Below are positions 23,001-33,510 of a stretch of DNA of 35,764 bases, piece by piece. The translations under genes and the position numbers were made by a program. The notes beneath the pieces were generated by a model. It saw nothing but the letters and a program-made list of their open reading frames with translations, searched no databases and was not told where the DNA came from. This stretch comes from Sphaeroforma arctica JP610 (taxonomy: Eukaryota). Each line of letters opens with the position of its first letter. The stretch's first letter is position 1. The stretch lies in NCBI RefSeq assembly GCF_001186125.1, contig NW_014040412.1, positions 47,304 to 83,067 of the forward strand, given 5' to 3'.

Positions 23001-26000
23001 TATATATATATGTGTGTGTGTGTATGTATATGTGTATCTATGTGTCTATTTATCTATGTATGTATATATATATGTGTGTGTGTGTGTATAATATATATGT
23101 GTGTATCTATGTATCTATTTATCTATGTATGTATATATATATATGTGTGTGTGTGTATAATATATATGTGTGTATATGAATGTATTTATACGTGTAGATA
23201 TATATATATGTGTGTGTGTGTGTTTGTATTTATATGTGAATGTCCTTTTGTAAATCTATATGTATGTATATATATATTATGTGTATATGTATATGTATAC
23301 GTGTATGGATGTTCATGTGTATTTGTGTATATACGTATACATTTAAATACTCATAGACATTTTACCTACAGCTATAGCTAACTATTCCTAATACGAATCA
23401 CTCGTTGCTCTACTCTTAGTCGAGTGGTAAGCCAATGGGACATGTGAACGCACGAGGCCCTCCCATGCGAACGAGACCACCATCGGGTGCACGCCCCCTA
23501 TCTGGCGGTCGAGGTATGTATGCGCGTACTTGTATAAATACATAGATACCTGAATATGTATATATTTATATAGATATTTATATATATATATATATACGTC
23601 TATAGATAGGCATCAAGGCATATGTATTTTAAGTAGCTGTGTGTGTGAGGATATATATGGTTCATAAACCGAACCGCATGACTAACCCGACCTTCGCTGG
23701 AGGGGCCTTCAACGTTAACAAGCCTGGGTGGCCTAGGCAAATATTCTGACTATGAGTGTGTCCGTTTATACAGCTATGTATACCATGACTATAAATATAG
23801 ACGTTATTTATATCTGTCAAGTTCTAGGTTTAATATGACTGGCTAGAGTGGTAAGTGGGGCCACTGGGAATAAGCACCAGTGCTCCTATGAGAATATATC
23901 TCCATGTTCCATTCTAGAAAATAGTCTGGATTTGACCAATCAGAACCGTTTTATTCTAGTACATCTGGTTCTAGTGGGTATGCGCTTCCGTTGCTGTGCA
24001 GCTAGTCAGTTTGGGGACATGGCCGGGGACGAGGTGGTTATATATATCTATATATCTGTATATATATATTTATATTTATATATATATGTATATCAACATA
24101 TTTCACGTACGAACCCCTCTGAATCTATCTCATACCGATTGACTACTTCATTTGTTTTGTGTGAGTACGTCATATGTTTCTTCTATACAATACTACCTAT
24201 TACTATATATCATTCTCCTCAAACGTAGATCTCTGCCCAGTCCCGAAATGGGAAGGCCTATGACTCCACCATGGAATGTATGGATAGGGTCATCCTTGCA
24301 TTTCATATGGCTGCTACCACTACCGTAGAATGTATGGATAGGGTCACCCATGCATTTCATATATGACTACTACCACTCCACCATATAATGTATGAATAGG
24401 GTCACCCATGTACTTCATATGACTTCTACCACTCCACCATATAATGTACGGCAAGGGTCCCCCATGCATCTCATATGACTACTACCACTCCACCATAGAA
24501 TGCATGAAAAGGGTCACCCATGCAATACATAAAACTACTACCACTTCACCATAGAATGCATGAATAGGGTCACCCATGCATTCCATATGACTACTACCAC
24601 TCCACCATAGAATCCATGAATAGTGTCGCCCATGCATTCCGTATGACTACTATCACTCCACCATAGAATGCATGAATAGGGTCACCCATGCATTTCATAT
24701 GACTACTACCCTACCACGTGTGGCCATAGATGAGCACACATACGTGCTAGCATGCATCACTGCCACACCTCTTACACACACGCGCATAAAGAGTTCCCCA
24801 AACGCGCCCGTCCACACCCTCATTTAGGACCTATTTTGTCCTCATTTGTTTTGTCTCCGTTTTTGGTGTGCTTTAGGTATGCACTACGGACCTCACCCCA
24901 ATAGAAATGGCCCAGTCCTGCGCGTTAATTCCAGAGGACAGCCTGTGCCTGGTACCGGTCCGCTTTCGAGAGAAGGTGCGTATGAGTCTCCTGTGTGAGT
25001 ATGTACGTATTCGGATTGCACCCGAATTGTTGTCCTTTTTCGGGGGCTTTTGGGCCGACCCCAGGTCCTCTTTTTGTTGTTGACGTAGTGGCGGGAAACG
25101 CTGAAGCTCGCTTGACCCATATATGGTCCATTGATATTAAGTTCAACCCCATCCATTGTTCTATTTATAGAACTCTATAAGTAGAGCTACTCCTACTTTG
25201 TAATATTAATAGATGTTCAACCGGTGCATGGCGATCCTGCAAGAACCCCAGGCCCCCCATAGACCCACACATCTCCAATTACATGTGTCATTCTATAATT
25301 AGAAGAACCAACTCTTGTCCTGTTCTATAACTGAACTCGCTATTGTCAGTTTTAGGAATAATGGAACTACCCCTTGTCCCGTTCTATAAATATGACTAAC
25401 TCTTGTCCCTTACCCCTGACCCGTTCTATAAATAGAACTAGCTCGTCCCGTTTTATAAATAGGACTAACTCTTGTCCCGTTCTATAAATAGGTTCAACCC
25501 AGCCCGCAGCGTACGGTGGGCCCGGCGGACCGCCAGGACCACCACACATGCAACGACCACACAGCAGAGGAAACTCAAACACACCGCAGAGAAACCACAT
25601 AGGCGTTTCACCACAGGGACACCACCTGCCACCCGCAGCCAATGTACGCAGATGCATGTGTGTGTATCTATGTAGGTATCTATGTATGTGTATAGGTATG
25701 TATATATATATATGTGTGTGTGTGTATCTATGTATATGTGTATATATATATATATGTATGTATGTATGTGTGTGTGTATATCTATATATTTATGTATATA
25801 TGTATATATTTATATATTTATACATGTATATATATATATATATATACATATATGTGTATGTATGTATATGTGAGATGTGCTTGTGGGGGTGCGGGGGGGT
25901 GCGCATTTCTTCATTTTCACTTGTTTGCTCACAATGTACCCATTAAAGCACCCATACAATCGGCCTGAGCTACCTACCAGATGCGCTTGTCTATATTTAC

Positions 26001-29000
26001 TTGCAATAAAAACTCCAAATTGTATCTAAAAACAAATGAAATCTGGTCCTACACTTTCCTGATTTCTGGTCCTAATTGTCTGAGTGCTTTTCAAAACCCC
26101 AATCAGAGCCGAGCCCAGACACTATACTCCTCAACTGACCCACAATCATACGGTGTGGATGCCAAATCCCAATTAGAGGCCGATATGGATCAGTACAGGT
26201 ACACTCATATGCTTACATCTGGGTGTGTTTGTTGTAAGTTTAAATACATTAGTATGTTTTAGGGTTTTATGAACCTAAAACCCTAACCCCCTAAAGCTGG
26301 TGATATAGACACTCATCTGCTTACATCTGGGTGTGTTTGTCGGGAGTGTAAGTACAATTGTATTTCTGGGTGACATATTCTATGCACGTGGCATGTTGAT
26401 TTCTTAGCACGTTGGTTCTAACACGATGATATGGTCGTAGTTATTATGACTAAACCTACGACTATGCCTATGACTATAACTACAACTACATACACACACA
26501 CCAATGCACTCACGAACACAAACGCAGAACAGAATGTAATGGGCCTAGTATCATAGCTATGCCTATGACTACAACTACATGCACACACACCAATACACTC
26601 CCAAACACAAACGCAGAACAGAATGCAATGGGCCTAGTACTATGACTATGCCTATGACTGTTTGCACCCACACTCCGTAGTAGAAGTTTTGCGTGTGTGC
26701 GGACACCAGTTTGATCCGATTCCATTAAATCGTTTTGTAGTTGTCGTTTTACTTCTCAGACGTACCCAACAAAATCATCCTAGCGCATCTATTAACTTAT
26801 CAATCGGTGCTTCAACTCTATACTTTTATCCAATCATATCATCTTTTAATCATCGTCTACCAATTACATCCAACTATACATTTGTGCTCCTCCTTATACC
26901 CTCAATTACACCATCATCCGTCTCTCTAACATCCTTATAACTTCACGTACACCATCTTCGTCTATCTCCTGGCCTTTCGGTTACATCCGATTTAACCATC
27001 CGTATCCTTCCTCACACTCTCACCCACACCATCCTCCTTCTCTCTCTCGTCCTATCACTTATGAACAGTTCACCCACATCATCATCCTTCTCTCTCTCGT
27101 CCTATCACTTATTAACAGTTCACTTACACCATCCTCCTTCTCTCTCTCGTCCTGTCACGTAGACGTATCACTTATGAGAAGGCCAAAGGATCAGAACGCG
27201 TGGCAGCTGAGGACCTCGACGCATTCTCCACAGCCAATGAGGGCGGCAGACAAACACAAGTCACGCTACGCAAAACACCCGACGAGTCCCTTGGGTTCAT
27301 GATTACAGAGGTGTGTGTAAGATTGTAACAATTATATGTGTGTGCAAGGAGATGTGTGTGTGTGGGAGGGAAGGCATATATGTATGTGTAAGGAGACGTG
27401 TGTGTGTGTGTGTGTGGGAGGGAAGGTATATATGTGTGTGTTTAAGGTGATGTGTGCTCTGCTCATGTACTGGTCTGTACTTGTCTGCTCACCCCTTGTT
27501 AATGCTAATATACCTCTCTGATTCATCCATTAATATATCTCTCTGATTCATTCATGAATGTATGATTCATCCATTAATATACCTCTCTGATTCATTCATT
27601 AATGTATGATTCATCCATTAATATACCTCTCTGATTCATCCATTGTTTGTGCACGCTATCCCAGACGAGTCGGTCGTCCTTGCTGCCGTGTGTCTTCGTG
27701 TCACACATCTATCCGGGAGGCGCCGCTTCTCGAAGTCACTTACTCCACGTGGGCGATACTATACTCGCAGTCAATGGGGTGGTAGGTAGAATCAATACGT
27801 TTATTGGGCTTCTTTACGTTTTCTGGTGTCATTTTTAAAAATTTTAGGATGTATATTATTTTGTTTTTATAACGTACATTATATCGATTATTTAATTTAC
27901 TCTATATTGATTATGTACTGTATATTGTATTAATTATATAATATACATCATATTAGTTATATACTGTACATCATATTAGTTATATACTGTACATCATATT
28001 AGTTATATACTGTACACTATTTTATAATTCAATTATAAAATGTACAATACTCTAATTATAGAACATTGTTTTATTAGTACAATATACATAGCTACTTCTA
28101 TAATGTACACTATTTTTTTCTCTATAGTTCACACTATCATATGATCTGTATACTGTACATTATATTGCCTACCTACCGTGCCTTGATGTTGACACATTGG
28201 TCATATGATACTGTTTGTATTCATTATATAATCCCCCCATTCGCTATTATATTGTCTATATACTGTTTGTATTTATTATATACTCCCCCCATTCGCTCTA
28301 TTCAGTCACTGGTGGGTCTGCCCTTTAAAGAATCGCTGAAGCTCTTCAAGGACCTCAGGTGTGTTGTGCTTTTTATAGAAAAAAACTAGCGTGTACAGCC
28401 ATACACACTGTGGTAAATGATATTGGGTACAAAATAAGAATCGGCGATAATATGCATTCTTGTGTATATTTGCAAATCTAGTGTGTCTTTTGGCTCTGTT
28501 TTGTGTGTATATGTTATATGGAATATTGCATATTATAATGTGTTTTGTGTATATTTGCAATCTAGAGTAGTGCCTCTTTTGGTCTGTTTTGTGTGCAGTT
28601 GTTATATGGAGTTGCATTTTTGGTCCTATTTTGTGATTTTTTTGTTTTTGTTTTTTTTATGTCGGGAATACTCTTGTCCGTTTTGTGCATATTTTAATTC
28701 TGGAATGGTGCATCTTTTGGGCCTATTTTGTGTGTATTTGTTGTCTGGAATATTGCTTATTTTGGGTCTGTTTTGTGCATAATTGTTTTCTGGAATGTAC
28801 ATAGTTTGGGTCTGTTTTGTGTATATTTCAGGAATTATCCGTTTCAACCCCGCGCCGCTGCCGTTGTGGACACCTCCAATTTAGTTTGCGGCATTCCCAT
28901 TCGTGGTGTACCAAATTCTAAATGCGCGATTGGTTCTCCGCATTTATGACATTTGTCCGTAATATGCGACATACCGCGGTCTATTAATAGCACAACTGCA

Positions 29001-29619
29001 ATGGACATTTCCCTTTCGTGGTATACCAAATTCTGAATGCGCGACTGGTTCTCCGCATTTACGACATTTGTCCGTGATATGCGACATACCGCGGTCTATT
29101 AATAGCACAACTGCAATGGACATTTCCCTTTCGTGGTATACCAAATTCTGAATGCGCGACTGGTTCTCCGCATTTACGACATTTGTCCGTAATATGCGAC
29201 ATATCGCGAGTCTATTAATAGCACAACTGCAATGTGCACTCTGGCCCTCTATATTCACAACAGTGTTGGAACTGAAATCAACTTGACTGTGGTACCGGTC
29301 GACCCGGCTGTGACTGTGACCATCGACAGACGAATGTCTCCCGCGGGAAAACTGGTATGTTTATGCATGTCCACTTATGTGTGTAAATAGGGGGTGAATG
29401 CGTACATGTGTATGTGTATATACGTACATGTGCATATGTACAAGGCGAGTATGTGTAGAGTAGTAAACGTATATATACCCGTGTCATGTCAAGAAGTATG
29501 ATCACTCTACCGTATGTACCAACGACCTCATTGCCCGAGAGCATTTCTAATGTGCTTCTATGGATTTAAGTGCAACCATTACTTTACCCTGCTACAGGGA
29601 TTGGGTGTTCTGCATGCTG

Positions 29620-29652
<33 letters not shown>

Positions 29653-30800
29653 CGTATATACTTACATACTCTGTGTCATACTCTGTGCTAATGAACCAGC
29701 CATTACTTTACCCTGCTACAGGGATTGGATGTACTTCATGCGGAGATTGTGGCCGTGGATAGAGGCGGTGCTGCGGAGATAGCTGGGGTCAAGGTAGGTA
29801 TTGTGTATCGACGGGATAGGGTTTGACCTCAAACGTAATGCGAGCTGTTCATGTTATCTGTTTGTGATTGCAGAGTCTTGGTATTCGGCATTTTGAAGCA
29901 CTCACTTTGTGTGCCATATATTATATATATATTATGCTATGAATCGCACACAGTGTGTGCGTAGTTCAAACTGTCTGTGTGTGACTACAGAGGATTTTTG
30001 TGTTAATAAGTGTCGTAGCTGGTTGACGGATTCTACCAGGTGGTGCGACTCCTATGGTTATGAACATAAATGGTTTTATAGATACGGGTGTAGGTATGGT
30101 CAAAACAATGCACACCATAAATGTTTGCGAACGAGTGTCGGTGAATAGGAGCTCGTACATTTTACATTATGAGATGTGTCTAATTATGTATGTACATACA
30201 TCACATGTGTGCTCACGCACACGTCCTTAATTCTGCACACCCACTCACACTTTGATGACAAGTTTCTCGGCAAAGGCGCAGCGTATTTTGTATCCAACAG
30301 GCACACCGGTTATAAATGTATATATATGTATGTATGTATATATATATATGTATGCAAGCATGTACGTATGTATATATGTATATATATATATGTATATCTA
30401 TATATGTATATATATNNNNNNNNNNNNNNNNNNNNNNNNNNNNNNNNNNNNNNNNNNNNNNNNNNNNNNNNNNNNNNNNNNNNNNNNNNNNNNNNNNNNN
30501 NNNNNNNNNNNNNNNNNNNNNNNNNNNNNNNNNNNNNNNNNNNNNNNNNNNNNNNNNNNNNNNNNNNNNNNNNNNNNNNNNNNNNNNNNNNNNNNNNNNN
30601 NNNNNNNNNNNNNNNNNNNNNNNNNNNNNNNNNNNNNNNNNNNNNNNNNNNNNNNNNNNNNNNNNNNNNNNNNNNNNNNNNNNNNNNNNNNNNNNNNNNN
30701 NNNNNNNNNNNNNNNNNNNNNNNNNNNNNNNNNNNNNNNNNNNNNNNNNNNNNNNNNNNNNNNNNNNNNNNNNNNNNNNNNNNNNNNNNGACTATAGTAC

Positions 30801-30834
<34 letters not shown>

Positions 30835-31790
30835 GTATATGTATCCTTACGCCTGTTTTTCTGTTTGTCTCGCTCTCTCATCACGTTAACGCGCGCACAC
30901 ACACACTTCTATCAGCACGGCTGTATGTTAAATCAATACCACATCTGTATGTCCCATCTATTATCACTTCCTCGTCACATAATCCAAACACATGCGCTGC
31001 TAGAAGTATACTCGTATATCCCGTTCCATCATCCCACACTCCCACACTCACTGACCAACTTATGTGTTGTTCTTTTTAGCCGGGGCATTTGATCCTGGAA
31101 GTCAACGGACAGTCCGTGGTTGGCTGGGACCACGAAAGGTGAGTCATAGCCATTTGCATACCAGTACGACCATGTGTGCACCAATACGGACACATGTGTG
31201 ACAGTACGACTATATTTGATAACAGTACGACAATGTGTGTAACAGTACGACAATATGTGATAAAAGTACGACTATATGCGTACCTATACGACAATATGTG
31301 TATCTACATGATCATGTGTACTGATACGACTATATGTGTCACAATACGACAATATATGTGTAAAAGTACGACTATATGTGTACCAATACAGTGCCAATTA
31401 TTATACGCACGACCTAACGTTTTGTCATATCCTACTTACGGTAGTCAGCTTGCTTCGTTTGGTGATTGCTCTAGTATACTGTCAGGTTACAAGTTCTTAT
31501 ACGTACAGCGTAATTAGGGCCAGAAAGGTGGCACAGGACTCAAATCCGATAGTTGGACGTGTTGATATCCTGTTTGTTGTGGTCGTGTGAAGATCCGTAC
31601 ACGTGCTTAAGTATGGTCTCCACTGTTTGTTCTAAGCCATTGCCCTCTCTACACATACAGTATTGTACGGTCGATGAAGGCTGAGATTGTGACCTTGAAG
31701 ACCATGCCCCGAGATTTGTTCGCAACACTAATGAAGCACGAGACATCGCGACTAGAAAAGAAGCCTAAGGGTGCTAATAGAAACATATAA
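17925..31790 (+). CDS. APBA: X11/Mint (APBA/LIN-10)-like tandem-PDZ scaffold protein, about 693 aa, 17 exons; charged, coiled-coil and Pro/Gly-rich N-terminus, no PTB seen
   Basis: GT-AG, phase-consistent exons: 17925-17999, 19461-19539, 19831-19962, 20554-20882, 22185-22343, 22584-22784, 23420-23513, 24877-24975, 25492-25643, 26107-26198, 27163-27310, 27665-27781, 28306-28358, 29264-29354, 29722-29793, 31080-31138, 31661-31790 (2082 nt). PDZ1: QVTLRKTPDESLGFMITETSRSSLLPCVFVSHIYPGGAASRSHLLHVGDTILAVNGVSLVGLPFKESLKLFKDL. PDZ2: VTVTIDRRMSPAGKLGLDVLHAEIVAVDRGGAAEIAGVKPGHLILEVNGQSVVGWDHESIVRSMKAEIVTLKTMP. Mint hallmarks S(I/L)LP.V, NG.SLVGLP, NGQSVV and KTMP are present. Confidence 0.85.
18900..18919. 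other. Assembly gap (20 N) in intron 1 of the PDZ gene
   Basis: Run of N flanked by TA microsatellite. Confidence 1.
20123..20347. repeat. Intronic 19-bp minisatellite, about 12 copies
   Basis: ATATGCACT(G/A)TGCTACT-based units; these produce the spurious LLYALCYY ORFs. Confidence 0.95.
20900..21400. repeat. Intronic minisatellites: about 34-bp unit x11, then about 50-bp unit x3
   Basis: TTGGATAGGTTAGTATGTGTATAAACAGAATTGC units, then GCTACTATGGGTATAATATGTCTGGGTGTA units. Confidence 0.9.
21870..22180. repeat. Composite intronic repeat abutting the exon 5 acceptor
   Basis: TACATCACACACCTTGTCTAT and CAATACAACAAC modules repeated up to CTTCAG|22185. Confidence 0.85.
22805..23345. repeat. (TA)n/(TG)n compound microsatellite
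   Basis: Long purine-pyrimidine alternating tract. Similar tracts occur at 18655-18899, 25655-25870 and 30316-30845. Confidence 0.95.
24260..24712. repeat. Intronic minisatellite, about 56-bp unit x8
   Basis: ATATGACTACTACCACTCCACCATAGAATGCATGAATAGGGTCACCCATGCATTTC units. Confidence 0.95.
25305..25491. repeat. About 30-bp repeat made of the exon 9 acceptor region
   Basis: AACTCTTGTCCCGTTCTATAAATAG-like units; the last unit supplies the used AG at 25490-25491. Confidence 0.85.
27020..27162. repeat. About 50-bp tandem repeat x3 built from the exon 11 polypyrimidine tract
   Basis: CACCATCCTCCTTCTCTCTCTCGTCCTATCACTTATGAACAGTT units; TATCACTTATGA also opens exon 11. Confidence 0.85.
28892..29234. 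repeat. 115-bp tandem repeat x3, high identity
   Basis: CGTGGT(G/A)TACCAAATTCT starts at 28902, 29017 and 29132. Confidence 0.95.
30416..30789. other. Assembly gap (374 N) in intron 15 of the PDZ gene
   Basis: Run of N. The flanking exons join in phase and give a continuous PDZ2 (AGVK|PGHLIL). Confidence 1.
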
Positions 31791-32197
31791 GATAGAAAAG
31801 AAGCCTATGGGTGGTAATAGAAACATGTAACGACAGGAAACTGAAAGCAATCATCTAATAAAGTCTTTTGGCGCAACTAATCATTTTCGTTTGATAGGGG
31901 TGCTAATAGAAACATATAACGACAGCAAACTGAAAGTTGTCATCTAATAAGTCTTTTGGCGCAACTAGTAATATTCGTTTGATGGGGGTGCTAATGGAAA
32001 TATATAAGATAGAAACGAAGACCTATGGGTGCTAATAGAAACATGTAACGACAGCAAACTGAAAGCAATAATCTAATAAAGTCTTTTGGAGCAACTAGGC
32101 ATATTCGTTTGATGGGGGTGCTAATAGAAACATATAACGACAGAAACTGAAAGTAGTCATCTAATAAGACTTTTGGCGCAGCTAGTAATACTCGTTT
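31753..32197. repeat. Composite minisatellite overlapping the PDZ gene stop codon and 3' UTR
   Basis: Recurring GGGTGCTAATAGAAACAT(A/G)TAA, TAGAAAAGAAGCCTA and CTAATAAAGTCTTTTGGCGCAACTA modules. Confidence 0.9.
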
Positions 32198-33510
32198 GAG
32201 AACGCTGCACGTTGGGGTGGAAATTTGGAAATTGCGTTTCACTACAGTCTGAAGATATTTCTACATCTCAGTAAAATCCCACTACAGGCTTTAGATATTT
32301 TGCACCTTTATTTTACATCTCTATTATACTCGTCTTTGTTATGTGTAGCTGCGCAGTGTATGGTGTACTCTGGTATATGTTCACATGATCACAACCAAGC
32401 GTGTAACTTACCTGGAACGTAGAAAAATAATTCCGGCAAAGTGTATAAATATAGCGATAGCGTGGAGTACGTGAAATTTTCATGTATGATACCCGATAAA
32501 ACAATTGAAAGTGACATGCGGATATATCGCATGTGAACACTCCAAAGTATGCTGCAGAGTCTTGAACGTTGGTAGAATACGTGTTCACATAACGGATTAG
32601 TGCTGAATAAAGAGTCGCAATACTGTTATGACCACACGTCTTGCACATGACGAAAGTGTCCAAGATAAACAGGCTCCCCCATATTCAACAAAGGAAACAA
32701 AGAGTTTACACCTCATCATCGTACGAGTTGTAATCCTCGGCGTAGGCTTATCACGCGCCACGGCTCGGAATCCATTGACATAAAAACGTATCAGTGAGAA
32801 ATACAACTCAATACAGCAATAGCACATATTTATATCGACACACTCAAAAGCACTTTCAACCCCGACGCAGTAGTAAAACGCGTGTTAATGCACTCCTTTA
32901 ATACGACATCCATGTGCACAGTTGGCTAATAAATACTACTAGGGCTTGCCTCTCGAGTGATGGATGAAACATCAGATGGTAGCTAGGAGGATCGTAGCGT
33001 AACCTCCTAGAGGCTACAGACACCCGAATACTGGGAGTCACCCTTTCACCTCCACTTTTTATTGACAAGAGTGAGTGCAGTAAATACTGCTCAAATAAAT
33101 AAATGTAGTTATGTATTTCAATGAGGAGATCTCATCTTTTAAGCGGTTCCAAATTGATATCTGTTTCTGGCGTTTCCCCGCCCCTAAATTTTCGGCTGAG
33201 CTCTTAGCTCTTTGCACCCCATATTTTTTTTGATACTATCGGTGCACCAAGGCTGTTACCACGATTCATTTGTTTTAGTATGTACATTAGGAACCATAAT
33301 AGCAACAAGTTGATAAATACACAGTACTATGTTTAAGTTTAAATGCTTACGGCATGTTTTAATTACAATGAGTCTGTTTTATTTCTTTTTATGTATGTAC
33401 ACGACCTCGATGTTAATATTGATTTCAGGTTCTAATCTACAATGTAGTCGAATTTAGTCTTCTTCTTCAGCCTCCTCAGCATCTACTTCGTCGTCTGTTG
33501 TAGTATCGCC

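Noticed and set aside
24229..24277. Candidate extra exon SLPSPEMGRPMTPPWN after CGTAG
   Set aside because: It needs phase 2 in and phase 0 out, whereas the flanking exons 7 and 8 join in phase 1; the phase 1 reading hits TGA.
20900..24712. Regularly spaced 19-, 34- and 56-bp repeats as a CRISPR-like array
   Set aside because: Head-to-tail units with no unique spacers, no cas genes, and an intronic eukaryotic context; these are ordinary minisatellites.
28844..29258. Minus-strand ORFs with CxxC (DKCHKCGEP)
   Set aside because: They arise from the 115-bp repeat, whose period is not a multiple of 3; no gene context.
18644..30889. Many C/V/Y/I/M-rich ORFs (e.g. 22950-23381, 25682-25968, 30176-31092)
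   Set aside because: Translations of (TA)/(TG) microsatellites and N gaps inside introns.
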